Positions 12,488 to 25,599 of a stretch of 64,000 bases of DNA are shown piece after piece (positions within the stretch are counted from its first letter, which is position 1; each line of letters begins with the position of its first letter). The notes below the pieces were generated by a model. That model did not search any database and was not told where the DNA came from. It was given only the letters and a program-made list of their open reading frames with translations. This DNA comes from Octopus sinensis (Eukaryota), in NCBI RefSeq assembly GCF_006345805.1, contig NC_043000.1, positions 150,288,001 through 150,352,000 on the forward strand, written 5' to 3'. A program made the translations under genes and the position numbers.

Positions 12488-13176
12488 AGAATTTTACCTT
12501 TTGACCAGCTGATTTAGAAAATGATTTTTTGTAACTAAACACTTTCAAACTTCGTATACTGGTAGAATGTGTCATATAAAATATCTTCTACTCTTAGCGT
12601 TTTTGAGAAAAACTTATATTTACCAAATAATTTTACGTCAGAGTTGTCGTGTATCGGTAATTTCAACCAATCAATGACGTGTATTCAGCTGAATAAAATT
12701 ACTGCCGTTGTTTGCCAACAACAACTATCGGCGGTGTATATTTCGTTTGTCACTGTTATTTATGACATCGTTCATGCGTTTGTACTGGTTTTAGGGTTAG
12801 AGATACGGAAAAAATAAAAAATGAAGCACGAACGATTATGGTGGTGTCATGAAGTAAACATGCTTCAGATACACCCGTTTATTCATACAAATGTAACCGA
12901 GATGAGATATGTCATAAATCACAATGACAAACGAAATATACACCACCGGAAGTTGTTGTTGACAAACAACAGCAGTAATTTTTTCAGCTGATGGTTGAAA
13001 TTTCCGAAATACGATAACTTTGACATGAAATAACTTCCTAAATATAAACTTTTCTCAAAAAACGCTAAGAGTAAAAGATGTTTTATATGACACATTCTAC
13101 CAGTATACGAAGTTTGAAAGTGTTTAGTTACAAAAAATTATTTTCTAAAACTGCCAGTCAAAAAGTAAAGATCCTA
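12488..13176. mobile_element. Long-armed palindromic MITE (~290-bp inverted arms, ~130-bp spacer)
   Basis: TTGTAACTAAACACTTTCAAACTTCGTATACTGGTAGAATGTGTCATATAAAA mirrored at ~13080-13140. Confidence 0.8.
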
Positions 13177-13362
13177 AATAACTTTTCCTGAGGGGTTATG
13201 AGTTGTATATCTCCATAATTATGATTGCAAAGTTGCTGAAAAAAAAAATACATTGTAAATTGTTTGAAGATGATATAAAACCAAACAGAATTAAATGATT
13301 AAAATGAATTAAGCTTAGTCAATACTGGGAGAGAGAAATAAGGGTGGGGCAGGGGAAATTAA

Positions 13363-13583
13363 CCCTTTTGTTACCATATTTCTGTTGAGATGCTCTGTGT
13401 TTCTTTCAATTACTTTAAATATAACAAAGAATTTAGTAAAAGAACTTAGTTATCATTAAGCTAGTGTTGGAAACGTAAATTGTGACTAAGGTTTGGCAGA
13501 AGATTTTAATTCAAAACTTATGAAAACAAGATATTTGTACTACAATGCCAGAGCCGGTTTCAGCCGAGTTGGTAACAAAAGGG
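13363..13583. mobile_element. piggyBac-type MITE
   Basis: TTAA|CCCTTTTGTTACCA ... TGGTAACAAAAGGG|TTAA (TTAA TSD, CCC/GGG ends). Confidence 0.8.
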
Positions 13584-14662
13584 TTAAATATAGAAAGGAA
13601 AAGTAAATATAAGATTAAAGGTGAATGATAGATAGGAGAAAAACTGAAAGAGGAAAAGTAAATAAAGTTTCAGGTGAAACAATATCAGGTATTTGTGCAT
13701 ATATGTGGTTTTGGTCCAGTGAAGACAGTATTTTCCAGTTACATAATAGGGTATTTTTTTTAAATGTCTGTACTTCTCAAATATGATATTTAAATTGAAG
13801 CCTTATTTAGGAAAGACTTTGAAAATTCTCTACTTCTCTACTGTGCACGAGTCATCTCTTTTATTTCTAATTTGACAAATTCTGGATCATTCCAGGTTTT
13901 TTCACTTACTATAGTCCAAAACTGTTTCTTTTACTTTACAAATATAGTCAGTCCGCTTGTAATGTTCTTTTTATTTATGTTTAAAGGAGGATTTGTAAAT
14001 GGTTTTTAAATGTTTCCTGTTGTGCTTATGTAAATGTTTATGTATTTCAACTAGGTTGGAGTCTGGAGAAGTAACTTCTGATTCATAAGTTACTGTTTCT
14101 AAAATGTTCAATTTGTTTGTTGGATATGTATTAGGGTTTCTGCTCAAGTATGCAGCCTTTAATTTTGTTGTAGGGTCTGTGCAATATGACCTAGGCCTTA
14201 CAAGACTGAAAGCAAAGGTGTGACCTGTGCATAGCAGAAAAGAGGGAAATCCTCAAAAATCTTCATAAACATCAGATCAGAAATATTCAAGAAATGTAGA
14301 TACTTTAAAAAGTACCAACTATACAACTGGAAAACATTACATATATGTACAGACACCTGATATTGTTTCACCTGAAACTTTCTTTTCTCTCTCGTCTTCT
14401 AGCTTTCCTCCTTCTAGCCTTCATCTATTTTTATGGTTACTTTTCCTTTTTATAACCATCTTTCCTTTCCTCCACCCATACTTTTCTCCTAATATTGATA
14501 GGTATATCCAAACTTTCAGATGCATCAACACAAGCCAACATGGAAAGATTGTGTTAAATTACAGTAAAAAGAAAATGAGAGAGAAAACAAAAGATAGAGA
14601 AACAGGTTTGTTTTCCATAATTTTGTCTAACTCACAGTGAACATAATTCAAATCTTTTCAAT

Positions 14663-14668
14663 TTTATT
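14663..14668 (-). terminator. Candidate CMC2 polyadenylation signal (AATAAA)
   Basis: TTTATT on the plus strand ~350 nt past the stop; sequence is AT-rich, so weak evidence. Confidence 0.3.
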
Positions 14669-15018
14669 CTCTTTTTCTTTTAAGAGACAAAATAGGGTCC
14701 TGTTTTAATAATATCATATATATTGCTTTCATAGACAGGTAATAAAAAAAAAGTAGCAATGTAAATAGTTTCTACAAAGAACTGCAAATAGGTAGCAGGT
14801 CACTGAGAATATATCATACCATAATGCCAGTCTCTCAAAATATCAGGCATACTAGCCATTACAAGAAATTTATCTCATTTTTATCTGTCACTTAATCAGT
14901 TATTATAGCAAATAATAAACTGACCCTCTCTAAACTTCAGCACCAAACTGATATAAATTAATTCTCGAATGTTTTTTGCATTTCATTTTTCCTTTTCATT
15001 CGCAACACTTTCCTTGTT

Positions 15019-15069
15019 TCATTCAGTATTTTTTATCTTTGTTGCATTATTCTTTCGCCGACTTTCTCG
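15019..15069 (-). CDS. CMC2: CMC2 last coding exon, RESRRKNNATKIKNTE* as assembled
   Basis: Strong acceptor TTTTCTTTTTACAG, phase 0 matching exon 3, basic C-terminal segment as in CMC2; see the frameshift finding. Confidence 0.7.
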   Translation of the reverse strand, partial: RESRRKNNATKIKNTE

Positions 15070-15560
15070 CTGTAAAAAGAAAATTGATAAAGAATTGTTA
15101 AATGATTGATAGCTATATACATACATGTATGTATGTGTGTGTGTGAGGGTGTACAAAAGGTAGCATAACTTAATTCAAGGTCAAGAGTATACTGATGATT
15201 AATATTAATTATTCCATTTAATTTATTTATTCTCTTATGACTTTAACTATACATGAATATAATGAGAATTTATTACTCTTGTAAATAAGTTTAAATATGA
15301 ACATTTTAAATGAGCTTCATGCAGTTATTAACATTATCAATAATTCCACAAAATGAAGTCACTGAATTGAAGAACATTTAGAGCATATATGACAAAACAG
15401 AACACATGCCTTAACTATCAAGACAAATTTATATGGCACTAACACTTGGCTATTTGAAATTTCTCAAAATAAAATGACATCTATGAGGTATTGTTTTACA
15501 ATATAGTCCATACAATTCACTCAATTCTTTGGATTTTTTGTCTTTTTTTTGTATTCAGGT

Positions 15561-15658
15561 AGCAAGCTGGCAGAATCGTTAGCATGCAGGGTGAAATATT
15601 TAACAGTATTTTACTCGTTGCTACACTCTGAGTTCAAAATCAACCAAGGTTGACTTAA
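15561..15658 (+). mobile_element. SINE family B 5' fragment, cut by a family A copy
   Basis: GGTAGCAAGCTGGCAGAATCGTTAGCATGC...GGTTGACTT directly followed by a family A head. Confidence 0.7.
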
Positions 15659-15663
15659 ATATA

Positions 15664-16080
15664 GGCGCAGGAGTGGCTGTGTGGTAAGTAGCTTGCTTAC
15701 TAACCACATGGTTCCGGTTTCAGTCCCACTGCGTGGCATCTTGGGCAAGTGTCTTCTACTATAGCCTCGGGCCAACCAAAGCCTTGTGAGTGGATTTGGT
15801 AGATGGAAACTGAAAGAAGCCCGTCGTATATATGTATGTATATATATATATGTGTGTGTGTATGTTTGTGTCTGTGTTTGTCCCCCTAGCGTTGCTTGAC
15901 AACCGATGCTGGTGTGTTTACGTCCCCGTCACTTAGCGGTTCGGCAAAAGAGACCGATAGAATAAGTACTGGGCTTACAAAGAATAAGTCCTGGGGTCGA
16001 TTTGCTCGACTAAAGGCGGTGCTCCAGCATGGCCGCAGTCAAATGACTGAAACAAGTAAAAGAGTAAAAGAGTAAAGAGA
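15664..16080 (+). mobile_element. SINE family A
   Basis: Full copy with repeated AGTAAAAG tail. Confidence 0.9.
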
Positions 16081-16129
16081 ATATTCATGTCAACCCAATT
16101 CCATATGCTATCTCTCAGTTTTAAATCCT

Positions 16130-16345
16130 GGGATTGTGTTGGCCACAGCAGCATTCAAATTTTTCTCATTTTGATTAATTTCTTGGTCATTCTTGCAGTA
16201 TGCTCTAAGTGATTGTAATGCTGAAAAATCCACAACTGGCCCAAATGACTCTCCAGGATCTCCAGATAAGTTGTACCATTTATGATGTTCTTAATCTGAT
16301 CTATAGCACACCCCCAACTTTTCCAGATATATAACTTCAAACCAT
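16130..16345 (-). mobile_element. Tc1-like transposase remnant
   Basis: SWGC...IINGTTYLEILESHL..LWIFQHYNHLEHTARMTK resembles the Tc1 WGC..YLDILE..FQQDNAPKHT..T region. Confidence 0.5.
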
Positions 16346-16389
16346 GACATTACCATCCGTAAATGCTTATTTATGAAATTTGTGACATA

Positions 16390-16778
16390 GGCGCAGGAGT
16401 GGCTGTGTGGTAAGTAGCTTGCTAACCAACCACATGGTTCTGGGTTCAGTCCCACTGCGTGGCACCTTGGGCAAGTATCTTCTGCTATAGCCTCGGGCCG
16501 ACCAATGCCTTGTGAGTGGATTTGGTAGACGGAAACTGAAAGAAGCCTGTCGTATATATGTATATATATATATGTGTGTGTTTGTCCCCCTAGCATTGCT
16601 TGACAACCGATGCTGGTGTGTTTACGTCCCCATCACTTAGCGGTTTGGCAAAGAGACCGATAGAATAAGTACTGGGCTTACAGGGAATAAGTCCCGGGGT
16701 CGATTTGCTCGACTAAAGGCGGTGCTCCAGCATGACCGTAGTCAAAATGACTGAAACAAGTAAAAGAGTAAAAGAGAA
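16390..16778 (+). mobile_element. SINE family A
   Basis: Full copy. Confidence 0.9.
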
Positions 16779-17075
16779 TATACACTCAGATATCAAAGCT
16801 GAACAAATTAAATTTTAACTCATTGAACCACAAGATTTATTGCCAATCTAGCAACATCCAATTTCTATTCTCCTTGGTGAACTAAATATTGACATCAATT
16901 TTTCAGAGAAAATGTACATCCTTTTATGCTCAAGAAGTTTCACATACCCAAACAGCTTGAGTCAATTTTTGATGGAAATGATACCAACACTGCATGTGTT
17001 GTTGCTACAGAATTTTGTCTAAAATGCTATCAGCAGTCATTTTTATCTTTTCAATCAACAAATACTAAATCCTTT

Positions 17076-17448
17076 CAGTAGTGGGTGTGTGTAAGTAGCT
17101 TGCTTACCAACCATATGGTTCCGGGTTCATTCCCACTGCGTGGCCCCTTGGGCAAATGTCTTCTACTATAGCCTCAGGCCAACCAAAGCCTTGTGAGTGG
17201 ATTTGGTAGACAGAAACTGAAAGAAGCCCGTTGTATATATGTATGTTTGTGCATCTGTGTTTGTCCCCACAACATCACTTGACAACCAATGGTGGTGTGT
17301 TTACGTCCCTGTAACTTAGCGGTTCGGCAAAAGAGACCGATAGAATATGTACTAGGCTTCCAAAGAATAAGTCCTGGGGTCGATTTGCTCAACTAAAGGC
17401 GGTGATCCAACATGGCTGCAGTCAAATGATTGAAACAAGTAAAGAGAG
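17076..17448 (+). mobile_element. SINE family A (older variant)
   Basis: More diverged full copy. Confidence 0.85.
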
Positions 17449-17449
17449 A

Positions 17450-17486
<37 letters not shown>

Positions 17487-18008
17487 AGATATATGTGTAT
17501 GTGTATATGTGTATGTATATATATATGTGTGTATATGTATGTATTTGTATGTAGGTGTATATGTATGTGTGTATATATATTGGTGTATATGTATAGACTA
17601 GTCTTCTAAGATTGTAGACATGAATCTGTAGGTACGCGTATGTATGTGTATATACGTGTATGTATGTAGATGTATGTATGTATGAATAACGCGTGGCGTG
17701 TATGTGTATGAGTGTACGAATGAGAGTGGTGTGCGTGCTAATGAGTGTGCGTGCGTGAGTGAGTGCTTGTGCTCAAGTAGAAAGATAAAAGGGACTAGCC
17801 AAGATGTTTGTGACCAGCGGTCAAAGATAACAAAAGTAATAAATGAAGATAATAAAATTAAAATTAGGGAATGGGTTTGTAATTGTATGTATATATGTGT
17901 GTATGTGTAGGTATGAATAGGTACACATATGTATGTATGTATGTGTATATATATGTATGTGTGTGTGTGTGTGTGTATACATACATATATGTGTATGAAT
18001 GGGTACAC

Positions 18009-18051
<43 letters not shown>

Positions 18052-18243
18052 GTGTGTGTGTGTGTGTATGCATACATATATGTGTATATGTATATATGAG
18101 TATATAGGGACTTGTGTGTTGTGTGTGCATGTGTGTATGTGGATATGTGTGTGTATGTGTGGTCGTGTGTGTGTATATATACATGTGTGTGTGTATATGT
18201 ATATGCATGTATATGTGTATGTATGTATGTATATGTATATGTG

Positions 18244-18284
<41 letters not shown>

Positions 18285-18300
18285 GATATATGTATGTATA

Positions 18301-18341
<41 letters not shown>

Positions 18342-18385
18342 GGGTGTGTGTGTATGTATGTGTGTATGTATATGTGTGTGTGTTG
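17449..18385. repeat. Compound (TA)n/(TG)n/(TATG)n microsatellite field with a unique insert at ~17600-17880
   Basis: Seen directly. Confidence 0.95.
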
Positions 18386-18899
18386 AGAATTTCCTTATTT
18401 ACCTAAAACTCTATTCTTCTATATATTTTTATATTTTTTTATTCTTTTTTTATTCTTTTATTTATTCTTCTATCTAATTTACCACTGACTCCTTGACCAC
18501 TCCCCCAAGTATGATTTTTTGCGCTATGCCTACCCCTAAAAAGTCCCCCACCACCACCCCTATAAACCTGCCTAAAGGTATAAATGCCAATACAATTCTT
18601 GTTAACTAGCTTCCTGAAGATTTCTCTTGAATGAAACAGTTCTAGTCCTGTAGAAGCTCCTTCTATATAATAAATTAATTTTACTCTGCTATGTATTGAG
18701 TACCTTATTTACTGTGGTTAACCCCGAATCAACCCGGGACCTACATATATATATATATATATATATATAGCTGTCCTGATCAAGGATGGTGAAATAGTCA
18801 TCCCTTTCTTTTAAGATGCCCACAACAGCAGGTGCGGAGCATCCAATTTCAGTAGCTACATCTTGAAAAGTCAATTTCAGTTTATTCAGTTGGACAATT

Positions 18900-21280
18900 C
18901 ATGATTATCATCAACACCATGATCATTTTTACACCTGTTTCCCCCATATTTGCATGGGTTGATGAATCCTCTCCAACACAGTATTACACCGCTTACTGTA
19001 TTCTTTTTATCACCTGTTTTGTGAAGTTCAACATCCTGAGAGCAACGTTCACCGCTTCTGTCCATGTTTCCTTTGGACTTCCTCTTCCATTGGATCCTTC
19101 TACATAAATCTCCTGGTACTTCTTCACCCACCTGTCAACATCTATACACATTATATATATCAGCACAGCCATCACTTTGGCACACTACAGTTCATACCTC
19201 TTACACCCAATTCTTCTATCAGCTCATTTATGCCTCATCAATTATGCATAGTAACATTATACATTCAGTGAATCATACTTGTTACATTTTTTTCCCCAAC
19301 CTTCACACATCATCTGCATTCAGTACCCATGTCTCACTACCATACAGCATCACAATTCATTTCATATCTTTCACTCATAGTAGCTTCCAGATGTTTTGCC
19401 ACCTTATTCTAATTCTGGCCCTACATTTTCCATATTACTATCTACTTGATAACTGGTCCCTCAGTTAGGCAAATTTTGAGAAGATCCTCTTCTTTCCATG
19501 TTTCTACATTCAACAATCTCCCATAGTGAAATCTTCTGATCTATTAGGGAAACTGCACCTCTATCATTTCAGACCATGCTTTCCCACAACATTTTGATTC
19601 ATCCTTACACACTAGCTTAGAATTCAAAACACCTCACATCACTGATCCTCTTGATATTGAACACCAGCAAAACCCCTTCTTTCAGCTTCTCTCTACATTC
19701 CACATACTTAGTATCTAGTTTTTCTTCTAGTGATATAGTATTCCTCTTTGCTGCTTGCTTCTATTCTTTCCAGGCCTGTCTTTTAGCTTTTATGGTTCTA
19801 TCCACAGTAGTATTCCACCACCATGTTGCTTTAACTTTAGCTGGTCCTTGCTCCAGCCACAGATTTGCTCTGTAGCTTTTAGTAAGTTATCTTATAAAAA
19901 CTGTCAATTGTCCTCTAACTTATGGGTCTTTGTTATCTCCTCCCCTCCAACATAAACATCATTTAGAATCAATCTGAACATATATTCAGCAGGAAAATGT
20001 TTTAGCCTCCACACCATTCTCTTCCAAAATATCTTTTGTCTCTCAGTCTGCCAAACTTTTATTCTGAAGTCACTAGAGAACTATATAAGTGGTGCATTCT
20101 TCGAAGGCGGCGAGCTGGCAGAATTGTTAGCACGCCGGTCGAAATGCGTAGTCGTATTTCATCTGCCTTTACGTTCTGAGTTCAAATTCCGCTGAGGTCG
20201 ACTTTGCCTTTCATCCTTTCGGGGTCGATAAATTAAGTACCAGTTACGCACTGGGGTCGATGTAATCGACTTAATCCGTTTGTCTGTCCTTGTTTGTCTA
20301 CTCTATGTTTAGACCCTTGTGGGTAATAAAGAAACAGGTACATTCTTCACCAGGAAAGAATAACCAATTGTCTTTCCCAAATCCTGGTGTGAATGAAATC
20401 TATCTGGCATGTATGCTCACCTGACTGGAAGATGATCAAGTGGCTGATTGACTTCCTGAAATTTGTGTTCCAAATGGTTATTTTAACCCACATATACACC
20501 TGGTTGCATTTTCACAATGCAGAACCTGTTCCTACTTGTTTGGACATGAACTCACCAGGAAGCATCTGGCTGAGCATACGAAATGTTCAGCAGGTATTCA
20601 ACACCTGTAGCTAACAGGTGCATACTGTCCTTCTCTTCCAGAATGTGAAAGCTTACCATAACGTTTAAACTAAATACAGTGAAATTTTAAGACTTCATTT
20701 TTTTTTTATGGGCATATATGGGTTAATTGCATCACAGAACTCCAGAAGCACTGATCTTGTCTTACTTCTAGAACCATGTCTATAATCACTATTTACACTA
20801 GAACAACCCAACATGTCCACTGGAGTCACCAACCAAGATAATGATGTTGCTGTTAGTAAAATGGTATGTAGCTTTGTAGAAGCAGTTCTTTTGCTCATCA
20901 GATCTTTAGACCTGATTATGGAACACAGATAGAGATAACAGCAGCTGGTGCTTTGATTACAGCTAGTCTAAGTTTAATTATACTGCCACATACTCTGGTT
21001 ATTTCAATTACTTTATCCACTTTTCCCCCGCCAGAATGCCAACTCCACCTAAACAAGCATTGTTATCAATCCAGAAGAATTACTACTGATGTTCTTTGCC
21101 TTTGAGGAATCTAGTCATGGCTCCCTTTTACCTTACATTTTGCACACAACGCACATCAACTCACCGCTGCTCAAGCTTCTCTATAATCTCACTAGAACTA
21201 CCTTTCAGTGAACCAACTTTAATGGCTAATAACCCTGACATTGTTAACCTGGTAAAAGGAGGATTCCCCAAAAGTAGGAG
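18900..21280 (-). mobile_element. Degenerate RTE-clade LINE (APE remnant 20340-21250, C-terminal remnant ~19000-19170)
   Basis: Minus strand gives VGSLKGSSSEIIEKLEQR.VDV.CVQ..., GVGIL, IILVGD..GHVG (APE) and VEGSNGRGSPKETW (RTE end). Confidence 0.75.
20106..20337 (+). mobile_element. SINE family B inserted in the RTE
   Basis: Full head and core. Confidence 0.9.
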
Positions 21281-21287
21281 GTTGATA

Positions 21288-21521
21288 CCTATTTCTTTAC
21301 TACCCACAAGGGGCTACACACAGAGGGGACAAACAAGGACAGACAAACGGATTAAGTCGATTATATAGACCCCATTGCGTAACTGGTACTTATTTAATCG
21401 ACCCCGAAAGGATGAAAGGCAAAGTCGACCTCGGCGGAATTTGAACTCAGAACGTAATGGCTGACGAAATACGGCTACGCATTTCGCCAGGCGTGCAAAC
21501 GTTTCTGCCAGCTCGCCGCCT
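21288..21521 (-). mobile_element. SINE family B
   Basis: Full copy. Confidence 0.9.
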
Positions 21522-21616
21522 AGGAGGTTGATACCTGATGTCTCTTTCCTGCATCTGAATGGAATATGCGATCACTTAATAATGGTCACAGGGTTTTCAG
21601 ACACAGATGTTCCTTC

Positions 21617-21857
21617 TCAAGCCATGCCAGGCTCATAAGGGCCGTTTTCCCTGTTTCAGTGGCGTAGAAATTCCCCCACCTGGATGGGACGCCGGTCCGT
21701 CGCAGGATTACTCACTTTTGCCAGCTGAGTGGACTGGAGCAACGTGAAAGTGGAGTGTTTTGCTCAAGAACACAATGAATCACCCGGTCCAGGAATTGAA
21801 ACCACAACCTTACGATCATGGGTTCAACACCCTAACCACTAAGCCACGCGCCTCCAC
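21617..21857 (-). mobile_element. tRNA-derived SINE, family D (CORE-like central domain)
   Basis: Head GGCGCGTGGCTTAGTGGTTAGGG, then GTGTTCTTGAGCAAAACAC..GTTGCTCCAGTCCACTCAGCTG. Confidence 0.75.
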
Positions 21858-22159
21858 AGACACAGATGTTTCCATTCAGCCACCCCACTATAGTGTGCAG
21901 CTCTGGCACATTGAATGTTAGTCCTGTATACAGATTTAGTGTTTATCATTGCTGTGACACCTGTGGATACCTGTGTGCTTCCAGCTTTGGAATGTGGAGT
22001 CACATGCACTCTCATTGCTGAGAAGACGGACTTTGTCATCAATCAGACACTGATGGAATACCAACACTGAGTTGGAGTTTTGCAATTTTTACAGGTTGGA
22101 TGCACTTCCAATCCTCAACCACAGTGTGTATTGGGTGCATTTTTTCATATCACCAACAA

Positions 22160-22525
22160 CATATAACTCTGAGCACCTTTTCAAACTCCACCCATCTAAC
22201 ACCCATGGACATATTTACAAAGTCAGAAAACAGCACAACTCCCATGACTTCAGGAAACATGTTTTCACGCTGAGAGTTGCTGAAGCATGGAACAAGCTGC
22301 CGGCATCAGTTGTTAGTTGTCGGAGCACTGTACTGCATCCTTCAAAACTTCCATGCTTTCTGAGATTCGCCAATACTACACCTGATTTTCTCCCCTCCAT
22401 ACACACAAAAGTATGTATCTGACTCATGCATTGTTTGCTTTCCAGACATTTGTACATTACTGCTTATAATCTGACAAGTTGTGGTGCATCTGAGCACTGT
22501 ATACAATAATTTCATTATTATTATT
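22160..22525 (+). mobile_element. CR1-clade LINE 3' end
   Basis: HGHIYKVRKQ...FRKHVFTLRVAEAWNKLPASVV, the typical CR1 C-terminus; (TTA)n-like tail. Confidence 0.8.
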
Positions 22526-23180
22526 TTATATTAGGTGGCTTTCAGGACTTAAGCGTCCTCTTCACAGTTTTTATTCAGAATGATTACTTCCCAAAACAAT
22601 CTGCTTTCACTATAGTTTACAGAAGGTGTGCCTACTCTGATTAGCTTTTTCCTCACAATGAATCATAGTATTATGTAATCAAATTGTTGTTAATAGTTTG
22701 TCTAACTTTGACTATCATACTGAATACTGAAATTAAAATACTTTTTTTTTTTAATTGTTAAATTAAGCGACATTCATTCATACTAATTAAATAATCTTTT
22801 ACATTTAAACTTATAACAATTAAAAGAGGAAAAATTCCTCTTCTTTATATATATTTTGAATCCCATGTGATTAATTTATAATTGACATTTAATCATCACT
22901 ACCTCACACTGCCTCTTACACCAACTCAAGTAAGGAATAAATATAAAGTATGAGAGAGAGAGAGAGGGGGAGGAGAGAGAGAGGGAGGGGGGAGAGAGAG
23001 AGAGAAAAAGAGAATTGTTTCTTACCTATCAATATCCCCACTCCATACCCACCGCTGTGTAAGATACTCATGATCATCTAAGGTGTGTTCAGTGAAGAAG
23101 TTTATAATGGTCATGTGACTCACTGACTGGGAATTTCCGCCTGTTTTAAATAAAGGCTATATTGGGCAATGATGATATAT

Positions 23181-23575
23181 ACTCTTTACTCTCTCTTTTA
23201 CTTGTTTCAGTCATCTGACTGCGGCCATGCTGGAGCACCGCCTTTAATCGAGCAACTCGACCCCGGGACTTATTCTTTGTAAGCCCAGTACTTATTCTAT
23301 CGGTCTCTTTTGCCGAACCGCTAAGTGACGGGGACATAAACACACCAGCATCGGTTGTCAAGCAATGCCAGGGGGACAAACACAGACACACAAACATATA
23401 TATATATACATATATACGACGGGCTTCTTTCAGTTTCCGTCTACCAAATCCACTCACAAGGCTTTGGTCGGCCCGAGGCTATAGTAGAAGACACTTGCCC
23501 AAGGTGCCACGCAGTGGGACTGAACCCGGAACCATGTGGTTGGTAAGCAAGCTACTTACCACACAGCCACTCCTG
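23181..23575 (-). mobile_element. SINE family A
   Basis: Full copy. Confidence 0.9.
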
Positions 23576-23906
23576 TATGTGTACATACACGCATATATAC
23601 ATATATATAATAGAGGAGCTGTAGTTTGTTTTCTTTGTTACCGTAATAAATCAAATTAAATCTCCTCCTCTTCAGGCATTATGCTTATCTCCCCCTCCCC
23701 ACTCTTTTCCTCCCCTACTGCCAACCGTATCATTGCTATCCTGTCATCCCTCTCCCACATAGCCAGGTTTCACAAGCCACAGCATTCTCCCTTTCCCCCC
23801 TTTTTGCATTCTCATGAACTCTCCTACTCATGCATCCTGGAAAATCCTCTAACATTCAATTTATATTCATGTCCTTGTACCTTGAAAGTATGCCCTGGCA
23901 CATCAC

Positions 23907-24141
23907 TACCTATTTCTTTATTACCCACAAGGGGCTAAACGTAGAGGGGACAAACAAGGACAGACATAGGTATTATGTCGATTACATCAACCCCAGTGCG
24001 TAACTGGTACTTAATTTATCGACCCCGAAAGGATGAAAGGCAAAGTCAACCTCGGCAGAATTTGAACTCACAACGTAACGGCAGACGAAGTACCGCAAAG
24101 CATTTCGCCCGGTGTGCTAACGCTTCTGCTAGCTCGCTGCC
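23907..24141 (-). mobile_element. SINE family B
   Basis: Full copy. Confidence 0.85.
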
Positions 24142-24339
24142 TGGCACATCACTACCATCTCTCTCTCTCTCTCTCTGACTTGGATAACCATGCATATCTC
24201 CTCTATGGCAAAACACCTGTTGATGTTCCCCTGTCATATTCTAACTTCTCATCACCTGGCTCAAAGACACCTCCTTCAATACATCACACCACCACCACCA
24301 CCACCACCACCAAAGGATCTTTGTCTGGTAAGTTACTTG

Positions 24340-24640
24340 GTGAATTTATTGATTTTGGTGTCATGTAAAAAGCATCCAGTCTACTCTGAAAAGTGGTCAG
24401 CATTAGGAAAGGCATCCAGCTGTAAAAACCATACCAAAGCAGACCTTGCTGGTGTTGGTGCCAGGTAAAAAGAACCCAGTCTACTCTGTAAAGAGATTGG
24501 CATTAGGAAGGGCATCCAACCATAAAAATTATGCCATAGCAGACAGTGGAACTTGGCACAGTCTTCTGGATTACCAGCTCCTTTCAGACCATCTAATCCA
24601 TACCAGCATGGAAGACGGATGTTAAATGATGATGATGATG
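24340..24640 (+). mobile_element. Old family E (RTE-tail) element with an internal ~95-nt duplication
   Basis: GCATTAGGAA(A/G)GGCATCC occurs twice; ends GGATGTTAAATGATGATGATG. Confidence 0.6.
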
Positions 24641-24816
24641 GCTGTGTGAGTGCTTTGCATGAAAATGCACTGAACTATATCTGATGATGATGTTTGCTGA
24701 CACTTCCAAGTTAACAACTTGTTTGGTAACACCAGACCTTCAAAGAAGAGTGGAATGAAAAATACCTTATTTGAAAAAAACCAGTAAGACTAAGTGACAA
24801 GAGGACATCTAGCTGT

Positions 24817-25045
24817 CATCATCATCGTTTAGCGTCCGTTTTCCATGCTGGCATGGGTTGCACGGTGCAACTGGGGTCTGGGAAGCCAGAAGGCTGCACC
24901 AGGCCCAGTCTGATCTGGCAATGTTTCTACGGCTGGATGCCCTTCCTAACGCCAACCATTCCGTGAGTGTAGTGGGTGCTTTTTACGTGCCACCGGCACA
25001 GGTGCCAGACGAGGCTGGCAAACGGAGGCCAGGCGAGGCTGGAAA
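24817..25045 (-). mobile_element. Family E RTE-tail element
   Basis: CATCATCATCGTTTAGCGTCCGTTTTCCATGCTGGCATGGG. Confidence 0.8.
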
Positions 25046-25599
25046 ACAATATCTTTATAACATGTATTCATTTGACCTATACTAGCACAGAGAAGCTGAC
25101 ATAAAACGGATGAACTAATACTTTAGCAGTAATTTAAGATAGAAAGATTTAAAGATAAAGACACTGATACAACACAAAGTATGTATTGCAGATCAGGTAA
25201 CTGTGTTATCAAGTATACCACAGCATGCTTGTTATCACTCCTCAAATTAAATATTTTAATAATTTTGTATTTAACTGCTTTTCAACCTCAAATTAGTGCT
25301 TATAAGTTTTAATATTATTACAGACATCAGGTTTGAAGGACTCCGATGAACAAAGTAGTCCGGAAAAGAGAAACATGGAAGCTTAAGGATCCTTTGAATA
25401 GTCAGAGATAAAGAGATGTCCTAACTGAAGTATTTGAGCTAAAAGGGAGAGGAGATAGAGATGTATAGCATAGAAGACAACTGGAAGTTCCTGTAGGACA
25501 GCCCACTGAGGGTCATAGACCAAATCTGTGGCTAGTGTAAAGTTCCAGCCAGACCTAGGGTGACAGCGGTGAAACACAGAAGCAAACAGTAACATAGTT

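Noticed and set aside
17598-18406. Long Y/I/H/T/V/C-rich ORFs
   Set aside because: They are artefacts of (TA)n/(TG)n microsatellites.
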